Source of the DNA: an uncultured Thermoplasmatales archaeon
GTDB taxonomy: Archaea; Thermoplasmatota; E2; UBA202; DSCA01
NCBI GenBank assembly: GCA_964514975.1
Contig: CAZESS010000007.1
Coordinates: 8,028-72,027, forward strand
DNA: 64,000 bases
Direction of reading: 5' to 3'
Both the position numbers and the translations under genes were made by a program. The notes below the pieces were generated by a model, which saw nothing but the letters and a program-made list of their open reading frames with translations, had not been told where the DNA came from and ran no database searches. Within the stretch, counting starts at the first letter, position 1. Each line of letters starts with the position of its first letter. This document shows, piece by piece, positions 46,050-55,458 of the stretch.

Positions 46050-49000
46050 TTAGAGGTTCAGTAGCCAGACCTCTATGTTCTCTGTTGCCTTGTTGCCGGC
46101 GCCGTCTGTTGCTTCAACGGTTATCGTTTTTGGTCCGATGGCGAACTCGTCCAGCGTCCAGCTGGTGTGGTCGGTGAAGGTCTTCTTGACTTCGCCGTTG
46201 AACGAGAGGGTTGCGCCTGCTATACCGGAGGTTGCGGGGTCGCTGACCGATACCTCGACGTCTATCTTACCGACGATGACGGTGCTCTTTCCGGGCAGCG
46301 GCATGACCGCTCTGTTGAACAGATACAGGTTGCCGGTTGCCGGTTTGTGTACCGTTATCTCCGGTGCGTCCTGGTCGATCTTCAGCGTCTTCGTGCTCGT
46401 GGACTCCTGGTTGTCCCTGCTGTCGGTGGAGCGGTAGTAGATGGTGTGTTCCTCGTGCTCGGTGATGGTGAACGGTCCGGTGTACTCGGTCCATTCGCCG
46501 TCGTCGACCTTGTAGTATGTCGTTATCGTGTCGCCCTCGGGGTCGGCTGCGGTCAGGGTGACCGTCACGTCGCTGGTGTACCAGCCGTTGTCACCGTTGG
46601 GTGACTCCGGATTCAGCGTGCAGGTCGTCGTTGGCGCCTGGTTGACCGCTGAGACCACGAATATGGTTCGGGCTGTCGGAGTGAACCGGCCGACGTTGTC
46701 GACACCGTAGTAGTAGAGCGAATGTGTTCCGGTTGGCATGGTGAACGGTCCGGTGTACTTGGTGAACTCGCCGGTTATGCCCGTGCCGTTGTCGATGCGG
46801 TACCATATCTCCGCGATGCCGAGCGGTGCGGCTGCCTGCATGTCGAACATGACCTTGGTGTCCGGGGTTATCTCCCAGTGGTCGTCGACCTTTTCTGCAG
46901 GGCCGTCGAAGGCGAGGAGGTCGGTTATCTGCTCGTCGGGCATCACTCTGAACTCCACCGTGTGGTGCTGTTCCTCGTTCCCGAGGCAGTCAACCGCCCA
47001 GTAGGTAATCGTCCAGGTGCCCGGGGTCGGTGCCGTCAGGGTGACGGAGCTGTTCACGTCGCCGTGCTGTACCGGCTGATCCTTCCACTGGTAGTAGATG
47101 GTGTAGCCGCCAACCGGGCATGCTCCCTGGTCCACCGCGCTGATGGTGATAGGCGTGCCGGGTGACGGGTTCTTGCTCGTGATGTCCGGTGAGGTGGTCG
47201 TCTGCGGCGGTGAGTTGTCGACCTTGTAGGTGTTGTTGATGGTCCGGGTCTGCCCGAGGTTGTCGGTCGCCTTGACCTCCACATAGTGGGTGCATTCTCC
47301 GTCGAGGGTTATTCCCGGCGGTGCGCCGTACAGGGTGAATGCACGGTCGTCGTATGTCGGACCGCTGCCGCCCTGGTAGGAGTACCCGTCGCCGTCAGGT
47401 GAGCTCGCCCACATGAATGTATCTCCGTCTGCGTCGTCGTGGCTCTGGACTGCTATCCAGCCTTCGTTGAGCGTGACGGTCGAAGGCAGGGTTGCATCGA
47501 ACTTGTACATCGAGAATCCAGCGTAGTCAAGACCGGTGTCCGTTACCGTTATGTCGCCGGGCGAGAGGTCGAAGGACTGCACCAGGTCTGACGGTGAGGT
47601 GTCGCTTGCCGGGTCGGAGTAGAAGTCAACGTAGAAGTTCATGCCTGCCGGGTCGCCCGGATACCAGCCGCCGCTGTAGTACAGCGTGAGGCCATACCAG
47701 GTGACGCTGCGGGTGGAACCGGCGACATCCCAGAAGTTCTCGTAAATCTTGTAGCCCATGTTGTAGTCGCTTGTGCCGAATGACCAGCTCTGGCTCGGGG
47801 TGTGCGGTACCTGCTCGAACAGGACGTTGCCCGCACGTGTCGGCTCGCCGGTGGTTGGCTCAGCCTTTGCGTCAACCTCGATGGCGGTCTCGTCCTCAAT
47901 GGTTGGGAGATTGTTGCCGATGGTGTTGAGCTCGTCGATGAGGTCGCTGCCTGCGGGCAGGCTTCGATCCTCTTCACCGAGAAGAGCCGGATAGCCGGGA
48001 TAGGATACCCAGTTGGACCAGCTGCCCTGGTACCAGATGCGGTACTCGAGGTTCTGTACACCCGAGTCACAGCCCGGTATCGGGTCGGGTCCCTGGCCGC
48101 CGCCGGTGTACGGAATGGCGAAGCCGGTGACCTCTGCGGAGTTGATGAACGATCCGATGAGCGTTGTGCTGCCGTCGGCCGTGCTCACGGTATACAGGCC
48201 GCCTGCACGGTTGGTGTCCCGTGGTTCAGGTGCGAGCGCGTCAATCGGCGTCTCGGTCTGCGTCTCCTTGTCACGTGCACTGTATGTGTAGCCTGCAAGA
48301 TACAGGATATCGCTGTCCTTGTCGTATGCCACGTCCTGTGCATAGTAGAGGTCGAGGCCAGTCTGGCCTATCAGCGTTGCATCACCGGTGGCTGTGTCGA
48401 TGGCCCACACGCGGTTGTTGTACGAGGTGCCAATGTCGACGCCGTACATGTTGCCGCTGCTATCGCAGGCGATGCCTATCATGACGTCCGTGTAGCCGGT
48501 GTTGAAGTCGCCGACATAGGTGGTTGCGCCGCTGCTCGGGTCGACGGTGTAGAGCGACTCGCCGCTGGCACCGTACATGGTCTGCGTTGACGGGTCATAG
48601 GCGAGGCCGTTCAGGTTGGACACGCCGTAGCTGCCGACAACCGTCATGTCACCCGTGGATGGATCGATGGTCCAGAGGTTGTTGTCGCCGTAGCCGCCGT
48701 ATTCGACACCGTACCATGTGCCGTCAGCCCAGCATGCACCGGCGATGAAGTAGTTGGAACTCGTTGGTGCAATTGAGGTTACCGCTCCGGGGTCGTCAGA
48801 CGGGAACTCTATGGGGCCTTCCGGTATCGTTGAACCGGGATCGTAGGCCATGTAGCCATAGAAGATGTCGCGTCCCTCTCCCAGGAATTCTCCGCTGTCG
48901 CTCGCATCCACCGTTATCTTGGTGTCCGAGGTGACATGGGTGCCATAGCAGAACGGATCGCCGACGGTCACGTTCATCAGCGGGCCAGCATTGTCGACAT

Positions 49001-52000
49001 AGTAGGTCTGATTGCGGACGTATTCGTTGCCGACGTTGTCAAAGGCTCTAATCTCGAGATAGTGCGTGCACTGCCGGTCGAACGGTTGGATGACCGCTCC
49101 TGAACCAATGTCCGTCCAGTCGCTCCAGTGACCGTTGTACCACACACGGTATTCCGACGTGTTGAAGCCGGAGGTCACGCCCGATATGGCGGGCTGCTCG
49201 ACCAGTCGGATGTTGTCAACCTGTGCGCCCCAGGCCCAGCCGGATGCACCAGTTTCATCTGTGTCAGAGTATGTGAATTTCACCACGAAGTTGGGGTTGT
49301 TGTCCGCATAGGCAGATATGTCGAGCGGCAGACGCGGGTCCTGGTTGAATCCGGTACCATATCCTGCGGGATCGAGATCTTCGGTCTGGTAGAGGACGTT
49401 CGTCCAGGTGCTGCCGCCGTCCGCGGACACGTTCACCCAGAACTCTCCATGGCCACCAAAGTCCTCGAAGTCGCCATCGAAGTCAAGGAGGACGTTCTCC
49501 CGTCCGGTACAGTCAATCACCGGGGATATCAGCTGGTCGTTGACGTTATCATCGTTGTTATCATCGTCGTCAATGCCCATCCGCCAGCCAGATGCCCCGC
49601 CAGCGTCACAGCCACTCACGTCGGTATCCACCCGTTCCCAGGTGTATCCTCCACCGTCGCCGTCAACAGTCGTCCAGCCGCCTGTGCCTGCTTCGAAGTC
49701 CTCAAGATAGAACTCTATCTGCGGGCCGGCAGGTGACTGCTCGTAGGCGGTGATGGTGAACGGCGTCGAGGAGTTCACGTACATCTTGTCGTCGTCGCTG
49801 TCATAGTACTGTGGCTGCCCGATCTCCTTGTCGATGCCGGGCGGTGTGCAGTCAGCTATCAGGGTCTGGTTGTTCAGCGGGGTCTCGTTGTTGCCGAGCG
49901 CGTCAGTGCTATAGTATTCAATATAGTAGAGGCCGTCGTCGGGCAGGCTGATGGTCGCCACGCGGTCCCTTGCAGCCTGAGTGAACGAAACATCGTCAAT
50001 GTACAGTCCGGCGTACGCAACCACAGTGGTGGCATGCATGCCGAAGGTCACGTTGACATCGGACTGGCCTGCATAGGAATCCAGGTTAATCGTTGCTTCT
50101 TCCCAGGCGGTGCCGGGATAGTCGTCTACTGACCAGACTTCGTTGCCGTTGACCTCCACGTAGCCATAGTCCCAGCTGCCGAACAGGTCGCTCCAGTACC
50201 AGAAGTTCATCGTCAGGCTCGAGAAGCCCGAGAAGTCAAAGGTCTTGCTCAGGTACGTCTCGCCGCCGGAGTTCGTGTACTCGTTGTAGAGCACGGTGCC
50301 CCACAGCCCGTCTCCGGAATGCGCCGCGGTCGGCGGGTCATGGGTTCCCTGGTAATCATTGACGTCATAGTCGTCGGTCCATTCCCAGTCGCCGACGGGG
50401 TCCCAGTCAGCCCACGGCGTCCAGCCGCCATCGTTCGAGTCAAAGTTGAACGAGTACTGGTCTCCGCCTCCGCCGCCGCCGCCGGTGGCGTTCATCCAGT
50501 CTGTCCAGCCGGTGAACTGGTTCCAGTAGCGGTAATAGGTGGTGCTGCTGTCAACGTGATAGTTCTCCGGCAGGTCGTTCGGCGTCAGGATGATGTCCGT
50601 GGAGCAGGACACCCAGTGAGTACCTGCGTCGTTCCAGTACGGGCCCTCGTAGGATATCTCGGTCTCCGGTGGCGTGTCATCCACATAATCTTCCTCGACC
50701 GTGGTGTTCTCGGTGTTGCCAATCATGTCGACGCTGTAATAGCGGACCTGATGCAAGCCCTCGTCTGCCAGCGTCATGTTGTAGTCGATGACGCCAACTG
50801 CGGGGTTGTCATCCATGCCGCCGTTGTCAACGACGTTGAACACGGTTGTCTCACCGGGCTGTACGTCGCTGCCGTCGTCGTTCGCGTCATACCAGTGTGT
50901 AATATTGATATATTGTACACCGGAGATGTCGTCCTCGGCATGGAACCAGAGGTCGGTCGATGATGTGATGTACCATTTCTCGTCCGCGGGCGGAACCTGC
51001 GGAAGCTCCTTCTCCACGTGCACGTCGTCAATGGCAAGGCCCCAGAGCCAGTCGTTGCCGTTGGTGTCATACAGGAACTCAATGTACACATCGCTCGGGT
51101 CGCTGTAGCCGGCAGGGTCAAAGGTATGCGATGCCGTGACACCGCCGTACGGGTCGTCGCTGTCCGACCACCAGATCTGCTCCTCAAAGTTCGCAGAGCC
51201 AGTGCCGCCGGAGTACACGTTGACCGCCGCTTCATCGTAGCCCGCGTAGTTCTGGTAATCACGGGCATAGGTCAGGGTGACCTCGTTGGTATTTGAGCAG
51301 TCAAGCGAGGGTGTAAACAGACCGACATCGAAGATATCCGAGGGGTTGTCGTCGCTGTTCGCGAGCGCGTAGTAGTCGCCGGAGCCCGGAGGCTCACAGG
51401 TATGATAGTCATCGTAATCCCACTGCTCCCAGGTGCCGGTGCCGCTGTGCTGGATAATCGTCCAGCCGGTCGGCGGGAATGTTCCCTCGAAGCCCTCGTC
51501 GAGGAGGTCGAGGCGGTGTCCGCGAGCGGATGGCACGTTCACCGTGTAATCGTAGGCAGTATCGCTTGAACCACATGACATGTTGTAGACGGATGCTCCG
51601 GAGCAGTCAAAGATCTCGTAGTAGTTCTCCGTGGCATAGCTGCCATAGGTGTAGTCGAAGAATATCTCGTCGCCGGGCATCACCGGTATCTCTGCGGTGA
51701 CAGGCCCATGACCCTGCGCAGTGGTGACGGTCAGGCCGCTGTGCACGATGTCACCGTTGACGTACACGTCAAGGGTGCCGCCGTTCCAGCCGTCTCCCCA
51801 GCTGTCCCACAGGCTGACGGTGTAGTTGCAGCCTGACGGGCCGCTCTGGTTGGCGTCCACGGCGGGGCCGACCAGGGTCTTGGTCGTCGTCGGCGGGTTC
51901 ATGTCCAGGAACTCCGTCACGTCGGCGGTGTCGCTGCCGGTCAGCGTGTCGCCAGTGATGGTCGCCGAGGCCTCGACGTCCAGCTCGTTGGTTACGTTAA

Positions 52001-55000
52001 CCATGGGCTCGGCCATACTGCAGCCAACCGCGGTGGCAGAGAACGTGATGTTCAGCCATTCGCCGTTGGGCAGACCCTCGGGGTAACTGAGTGGTGCCGG
52101 AGGTGCAAGGCCGATGATTTCGACGTTGTCGATTGCCCATTCCTCAGCATATGAGAGACCGTCGTAATAATAGAACTCTATCTGCACGTCGGATGGGTCA
52201 GTGTAGCCGGATGCGTCGAAGGTCAGCGTCTGATGACAGTCATGGTCGGCGGTGTACGTGGCCAGGGTTTCCTCAAGGGAACCGGCCGAGTAGGTACGAA
52301 CCTCAGCGTAGTCGCTCGGACCCCAGTAGTCGAACTTGGAGTCAAATTCGAGCGTGATATCGCCGTATGAAGCGTATGAGGAGAGATCCATGGACGGGCT
52401 AAGCAGTCCCACATCGTAGTCAACGCCGCTTGAATCATCTGCGTAGGCATAGAATCCAGTGCTATTCGGTGGCGCATAATAGTAGTAATCATAGGCTTCC
52501 CATTCTCCAGTGCCGCTGTAAATCTGGTTGTACCAGCCCGGGGGCGGGAACGTCGAGAAGTCATTTTCGTAGGCGGTAGATGTAATCGATGTGCCGTTGA
52601 GGTAGAAGTTGTCGATTGCCCAGTACTGTGTTCCGCCAGAGTAATAACTTTCGTAATACCGGAACATTATCTGGACGTCGCTCTCACCGGCCGCGTAGCT
52701 ACTGATGTCATAGGACATCACCGTGCCACTGTCATAATAGTAAGATAGGTCGTCAATTTCCGTCCAGGTGGTACCGCCATCAGTTGAGATTTCCACTTCC
52801 TCATCCGCATATCCATCTAATAGGGTATAGAACTCCAGTGTGACAATATCGTAAGCGGAGCAGTCGTAGGACTGCGTGATGAGCTCGTCTTCCTCGCCGC
52901 TTGCTGTACAGGTTACATTGAGCATGCCGGCGTCGGCAGCCCAAGTGTTCCCGTTGCCGTCGACATCGGTGACCGTCCACATGCCGGGTACGCCGCCAGC
53001 GAAGTCCTCTGAACCAATTGTGGCCTGGGTCAATGTGCCAACCCAGAAATCATCAACGGTCCAATCATCAAACTCGCTGGTACCGTCAGTGCTGTAGAAC
53101 CGGAACGCTATCTTGACGTTGGACTCGCCGTCGGCCCACGAGGATATGTCGATTTCCTGAATACCCGTATGGTCGCCATAATGAGCAAGTAACTGTGTCC
53201 ATGTGGAGCCGCCATCTGTGCTGCCCCAAACCTCGCCGTATGAGTCGCCGCTGGACGTGCTATTGTAGAAATCGCTGTAGAATTTCAGCGTCGTGCCGGT
53301 CTGACCGGTACAGTCAATCACCGGGGAAATCAGCCATTCATCCTGTTCGCCGGAGGATTCCTCAACCGTAGCTTCGCCGCCAGCAATAACCCACGGGTCA
53401 CCGCGAGTCTGGTTCTCAATCGTCCAGCCAATGTCAACATTGTCGAAATCCTGCGACATTACGGTCTGCGGCTGCGGGCCGCTGGTGTTGTAATACCACC
53501 ATTTGAGGTTCTGACCGCCGGTGACGGTCTCTATCGCGTCGGGTGCTGGATTGGAGCAGTTGAGCACGAGGTCGTCGGGCAGGAAGTCAACAATCGAGAT
53601 GTCGGTGAGGTTGTAGGTGCCAAGGCCGTTGTTGTGGATGGCCAGCAGGAAATCCGCGTCGGTGCCGTTGCGCACGTATGCATGACCTGTCCACTGTCCG
53701 GAATCCTCATCCCATACATATTTGTATACATCCATATCCGGGATGGGGTTGCCGAACACCGTCGCGTTGTCCATGTCAGTTTTGACGACAGAGCCGGTAG
53801 TCATAACACAGAGTGCCTCGACATCGACATCGTTGGTCATGTTGAAGCCGGTGTCGTCCACGGTCGCCTCGAACTCGATGTACCGCACATCGTTTTGCGC
53901 CATCGGGGTGGTAAGGTTCCACTCGATGGTCTGGCCGCTGACGCTCGTCGGGTTAACCGTCGCGCTGCCGCTCACGTAGCTCAGGCCAGTGGGCAGCACG
54001 TCTGTGATGTGGACGTAACTGGTGTTCACATTCAGGCCGTCGTTCTCGACGGTGATGTTGAACGTGACCGTGTTGCCGACGTCTTCCTCGACGTATTCAA
54101 CCCAGCTGCCGCCGTCCCAGACGGTTTTTTCAACATCGATACTGGGTACCTCAAGCGGTGAAACCATCACGGCTGTCTCGATCTCGGTGTGGATGGTGGA
54201 CACGCCGTCCCACGGCGCACTATCGGCCGTGAAGTTGGACGGGACGTTCATGCCCTCAAAGTACACGGGGTCGGCTGCTGCCGGATAGTCCGGGAGCCAC
54301 AGCTGACCACCGGGCGATTCTGAGCCATCAAGCACGGCGTAATAGTCCTGCGACACGTTCGCGGGGTTGTTGTGATTGGTCGCGCCATGAGCGGAGCAGT
54401 TGTGTCCCTCGGGCAGCGTTCTGCCCGGGCCCATGTCGGTGCCGTTCCAGTCAAAGTATGGGTCGCTGACGGCGATGGTCTCCGTGACGGAGTTCACGCC
54501 TGCCATGGTCACCCAGTGACCGCCGACGCGCGTCCAGTCGCCGCTGTCATTGTACCAGAAACCGAGGAGCAGCATGACGTCCTGGCATCGCTCAAGTTCA
54601 TCCTCTAAGAACGTGAAGTTGGGCTGCCATTCCGTGTGCTCATACAACAGAGGGGTCGTCGGCCATGTGGCATTTATCCAGTCCCTGATGCCGGCCTGCA
54701 TCGTGTCCGGGTCGATACCCGTCGTGGGGTCGTTGCCCAGCGTGGTGTGCAGGTCGTTGATGAGCGTTGCAGGGTCAGACGTTGTCACCAGGTCATCGTA
54801 TGCCGAATGAGATGCATCGTACCACCAGAAACAATCCGCGACCGCCGTTGGGCCGTCCATGGCCGGGTCGACAAACTGCTTCTGATCGAAGTCAGGCATG
54901 CCGCTCGGCGCTCCGGTTGATTCAGGCTTGAAGTACCAGTCCATCGTGACGTTGATGTTCAACTGGGACACGTTTGTCGGTGGCATCACCGACGAATTGT

Positions 55001-55382
55001 GACCCTGCCGTGTATCGGTTGTCACCCAGACATCAATCGTCTTTCCAGGAGCATATTCCGGTGTCGGAATTTGAGAATATGTCACCTGATAAAGTCCGGG
55101 GTCGCCTTGTGCATCATCCTGCGTGGTGGTGTTGTGCCAGTGGGGATTATCCGAAGCGTCGAACGTTCGCGTGACGACGGTGGCGCCGTTAATGCCATTG
55201 CCTTCGTCGTCGGTTACGTGGCCGCTTACAACACAGATAATACCGCTTGCTTCCGCATCATCCGATACGTTCATTCCCAACAGAGAAAGACCCGATATCA
55301 CCAGTGCCAGCGCAATCACCGTACTTACCAATGCTTTACTAGTTATGTTCACCTTGAATGCTTCTTTGCTGTTTGCTTTCAT
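46050..55382 (-). CDS. Giant secreted multidomain surface protein (3110 aa)
   Basis: Signal peptide; papain/C39-like domain (GPTAVA...GHWVT...SDPY); DUF11; many cleaved-adhesin-like jelly rolls; beta-propeller; C-terminal GDNGWY Ig plus GNLYLFNR module. Confidence 0.88.
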   Translation of the reverse strand: MKANSKEAFKVNITSKALVSTVIALALVISGLSLLGMNVSDDAEASGIICVVSGHVTDDEGNGINGATVVTRTFDASDNPHWHNTTTQDDAQGDPGLYQVTYSQIPTPEYAPGKTIDVWVTTDTRQGHNSSVMPPTNVSQLNINVTMDWYFKPESTGAPSGMPDFDQKQFVDPAMDGPTAVADCFWWYDASHSAYDDLVTTSDPATLINDLHTTLGNDPTTGIDPDTMQAGIRDWINATWPTTPLLYEHTEWQPNFTFLEDELERCQDVMLLLGFWYNDSGDWTRVGGHWVTMAGVNSVTETIAVSDPYFDWNGTDMGPGRTLPEGHNCSAHGATNHNNPANVSQDYYAVLDGSESPGGQLWLPDYPAAADPVYFEGMNVPSNFTADSAPWDGVSTIHTEIETAVMVSPLEVPSIDVEKTVWDGGSWVEYVEEDVGNTVTFNITVENDGLNVNTSYVHITDVLPTGLSYVSGSATVNPTSVSGQTIEWNLTTPMAQNDVRYIEFEATVDDTGFNMTNDVDVEALCVMTTGSVVKTDMDNATVFGNPIPDMDVYKYVWDEDSGQWTGHAYVRNGTDADFLLAIHNNGLGTYNLTDISIVDFLPDDLVLNCSNPAPDAIETVTGGQNLKWWYYNTSGPQPQTVMSQDFDNVDIGWTIENQTRGDPWVIAGGEATVEESSGEQDEWLISPVIDCTGQTGTTLKFYSDFYNSTSSGDSYGEVWGSTDGGSTWTQLLAHYGDHTGIQEIDISSWADGESNVKIAFRFYSTDGTSEFDDWTVDDFWVGTLTQATIGSEDFAGGVPGMWTVTDVDGNGNTWAADAGMLNVTCTASGEEDELITQSYDCSAYDIVTLEFYTLLDGYADEEVEISTDGGTTWTEIDDLSYYYDSGTVMSYDISSYAAGESDVQIMFRYYESYYSGGTQYWAIDNFYLNGTSITSTAYENDFSTFPPPGWYNQIYSGTGEWEAYDYYYYAPPNSTGFYAYADDSSGVDYDVGLLSPSMDLSSYASYGDITLEFDSKFDYWGPSDYAEVRTYSAGSLEETLATYTADHDCHQTLTFDASGYTDPSDVQIEFYYYDGLSYAEEWAIDNVEIIGLAPPAPLSYPEGLPNGEWLNITFSATAVGCSMAEPMVNVTNELDVEASATITGDTLTGSDTADVTEFLDMNPPTTTKTLVGPAVDANQSGPSGCNYTVSLWDSWGDGWNGGTLDVYVNGDIVHSGLTVTTAQGHGPVTAEIPVMPGDEIFFDYTYGSYATENYYEIFDCSGASVYNMSCGSSDTAYDYTVNVPSARGHRLDLLDEGFEGTFPPTGWTIIQHSGTGTWEQWDYDDYHTCEPPGSGDYYALANSDDNPSDIFDVGLFTPSLDCSNTNEVTLTYARDYQNYAGYDEAAVNVYSGGTGSANFEEQIWWSDSDDPYGGVTASHTFDPAGYSDPSDVYIEFLYDTNGNDWLWGLAIDDVHVEKELPQVPPADEKWYITSSTDLWFHAEDDISGVQYINITHWYDANDDGSDVQPGETTVFNVVDNGGMDDNPAVGVIDYNMTLADEGLHQVRYYSVDMIGNTENTTVEEDYVDDTPPETEISYEGPYWNDAGTHWVSCSTDIILTPNDLPENYHVDSSTTYYRYWNQFTGWTDWMNATGGGGGGGDQYSFNFDSNDGGWTPWADWDPVGDWEWTDDYDVNDYQGTHDPPTAAHSGDGLWGTVLYNEYTNSGGETYLSKTFDFSGFSSLTMNFWYWSDLFGSWDYGYVEVNGNEVWSVDDYPGTAWEEATINLDSYAGQSDVNVTFGMHATTVVAYAGLYIDDVSFTQAARDRVATISLPDDGLYYIEYYSTDALGNNETPLNNQTLIADCTPPGIDKEIGQPQYYDSDDDKMYVNSSTPFTITAYEQSPAGPQIEFYLEDFEAGTGGWTTVDGDGGGYTWERVDTDVSGCDAGGASGWRMGIDDDDNNDDNVNDQLISPVIDCTGRENVLLDFDGDFEDFGGHGEFWVNVSADGGSTWTNVLYQTEDLDPAGYGTGFNQDPRLPLDISAYADNNPNFVVKFTYSDTDETGASGWAWGAQVDNIRLVEQPAISGVTSGFNTSEYRVWYNGHWSDWTDIGSGAVIQPFDRQCTHYLEIRAFDNVGNEYVRNQTYYVDNAGPLMNVTVGDPFCYGTHVTSDTKITVDASDSGEFLGEGRDIFYGYMAYDPGSTIPEGPIEFPSDDPGAVTSIAPTSSNYFIAGACWADGTWYGVEYGGYGDNNLWTIDPSTGDMTVVGSYGVSNLNGLAYDPSTQTMYGASGESLYTVDPSSGATTYVGDFNTGYTDVMIGIACDSSGNMYGVDIGTSYNNRVWAIDTATGDATLIGQTGLDLYYAQDVAYDKDSDILYLAGYTYSARDKETQTETPIDALAPEPRDTNRAGGLYTVSTADGSTTLIGSFINSAEVTGFAIPYTGGGQGPDPIPGCDSGVQNLEYRIWYQGSWSNWVSYPGYPALLGEEDRSLPAGSDLIDELNTIGNNLPTIEDETAIEVDAKAEPTTGEPTRAGNVLFEQVPHTPSQSWSFGTSDYNMGYKIYENFWDVAGSTRSVTWYGLTLYYSGGWYPGDPAGMNFYVDFYSDPASDTSPSDLVQSFDLSPGDITVTDTGLDYAGFSMYKFDATLPSTVTLNEGWIAVQSHDDADGDTFMWASSPDGDGYSYQGGSGPTYDDRAFTLYGAPPGITLDGECTHYVEVKATDNLGQTRTINNTYKVDNSPPQTTTSPDITSKNPSPGTPITISAVDQGACPVGGYTIYYQWKDQPVQHGDVNSSVTLTAPTPGTWTITYWAVDCLGNEEQHHTVEFRVMPDEQITDLLAFDGPAEKVDDHWEITPDTKVMFDMQAAAPLGIAEIWYRIDNGTGITGEFTKYTGPFTMPTGTHSLYYYGVDNVGRFTPTARTIFVVSAVNQAPTTTCTLNPESPNGDNGWYTSDVTVTLTAADPEGDTITTYYKVDDGEWTEYTGPFTITEHEEHTIYYRSTDSRDNQESTSTKTLKIDQDAPEITVHKPATGNLYLFNRAVMPLPGKSTVIVGKIDVEVSVSDPATSGIAGATLSFNGEVKKTFTDHTSWTLDEFAIGPKTITVEATDGAGNKATENIEVWLLNL

Positions 55383-55435
55383 GTTTTGCCTCCAAACCTA
55401 TATGGCGAGAACGGTATATAAAAACTTCGGTTGGA
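55372..55435 (-). promoter_or_regulatory. Promoter/5' leader shared with the 1396-aa gene
   Basis: Near-identical to 35961-36024, including the TATA box and GGAGG. Confidence 0.75.
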
Positions 55436-55458
55436 ATGCCGTGGCGGGACGCCGGTCG

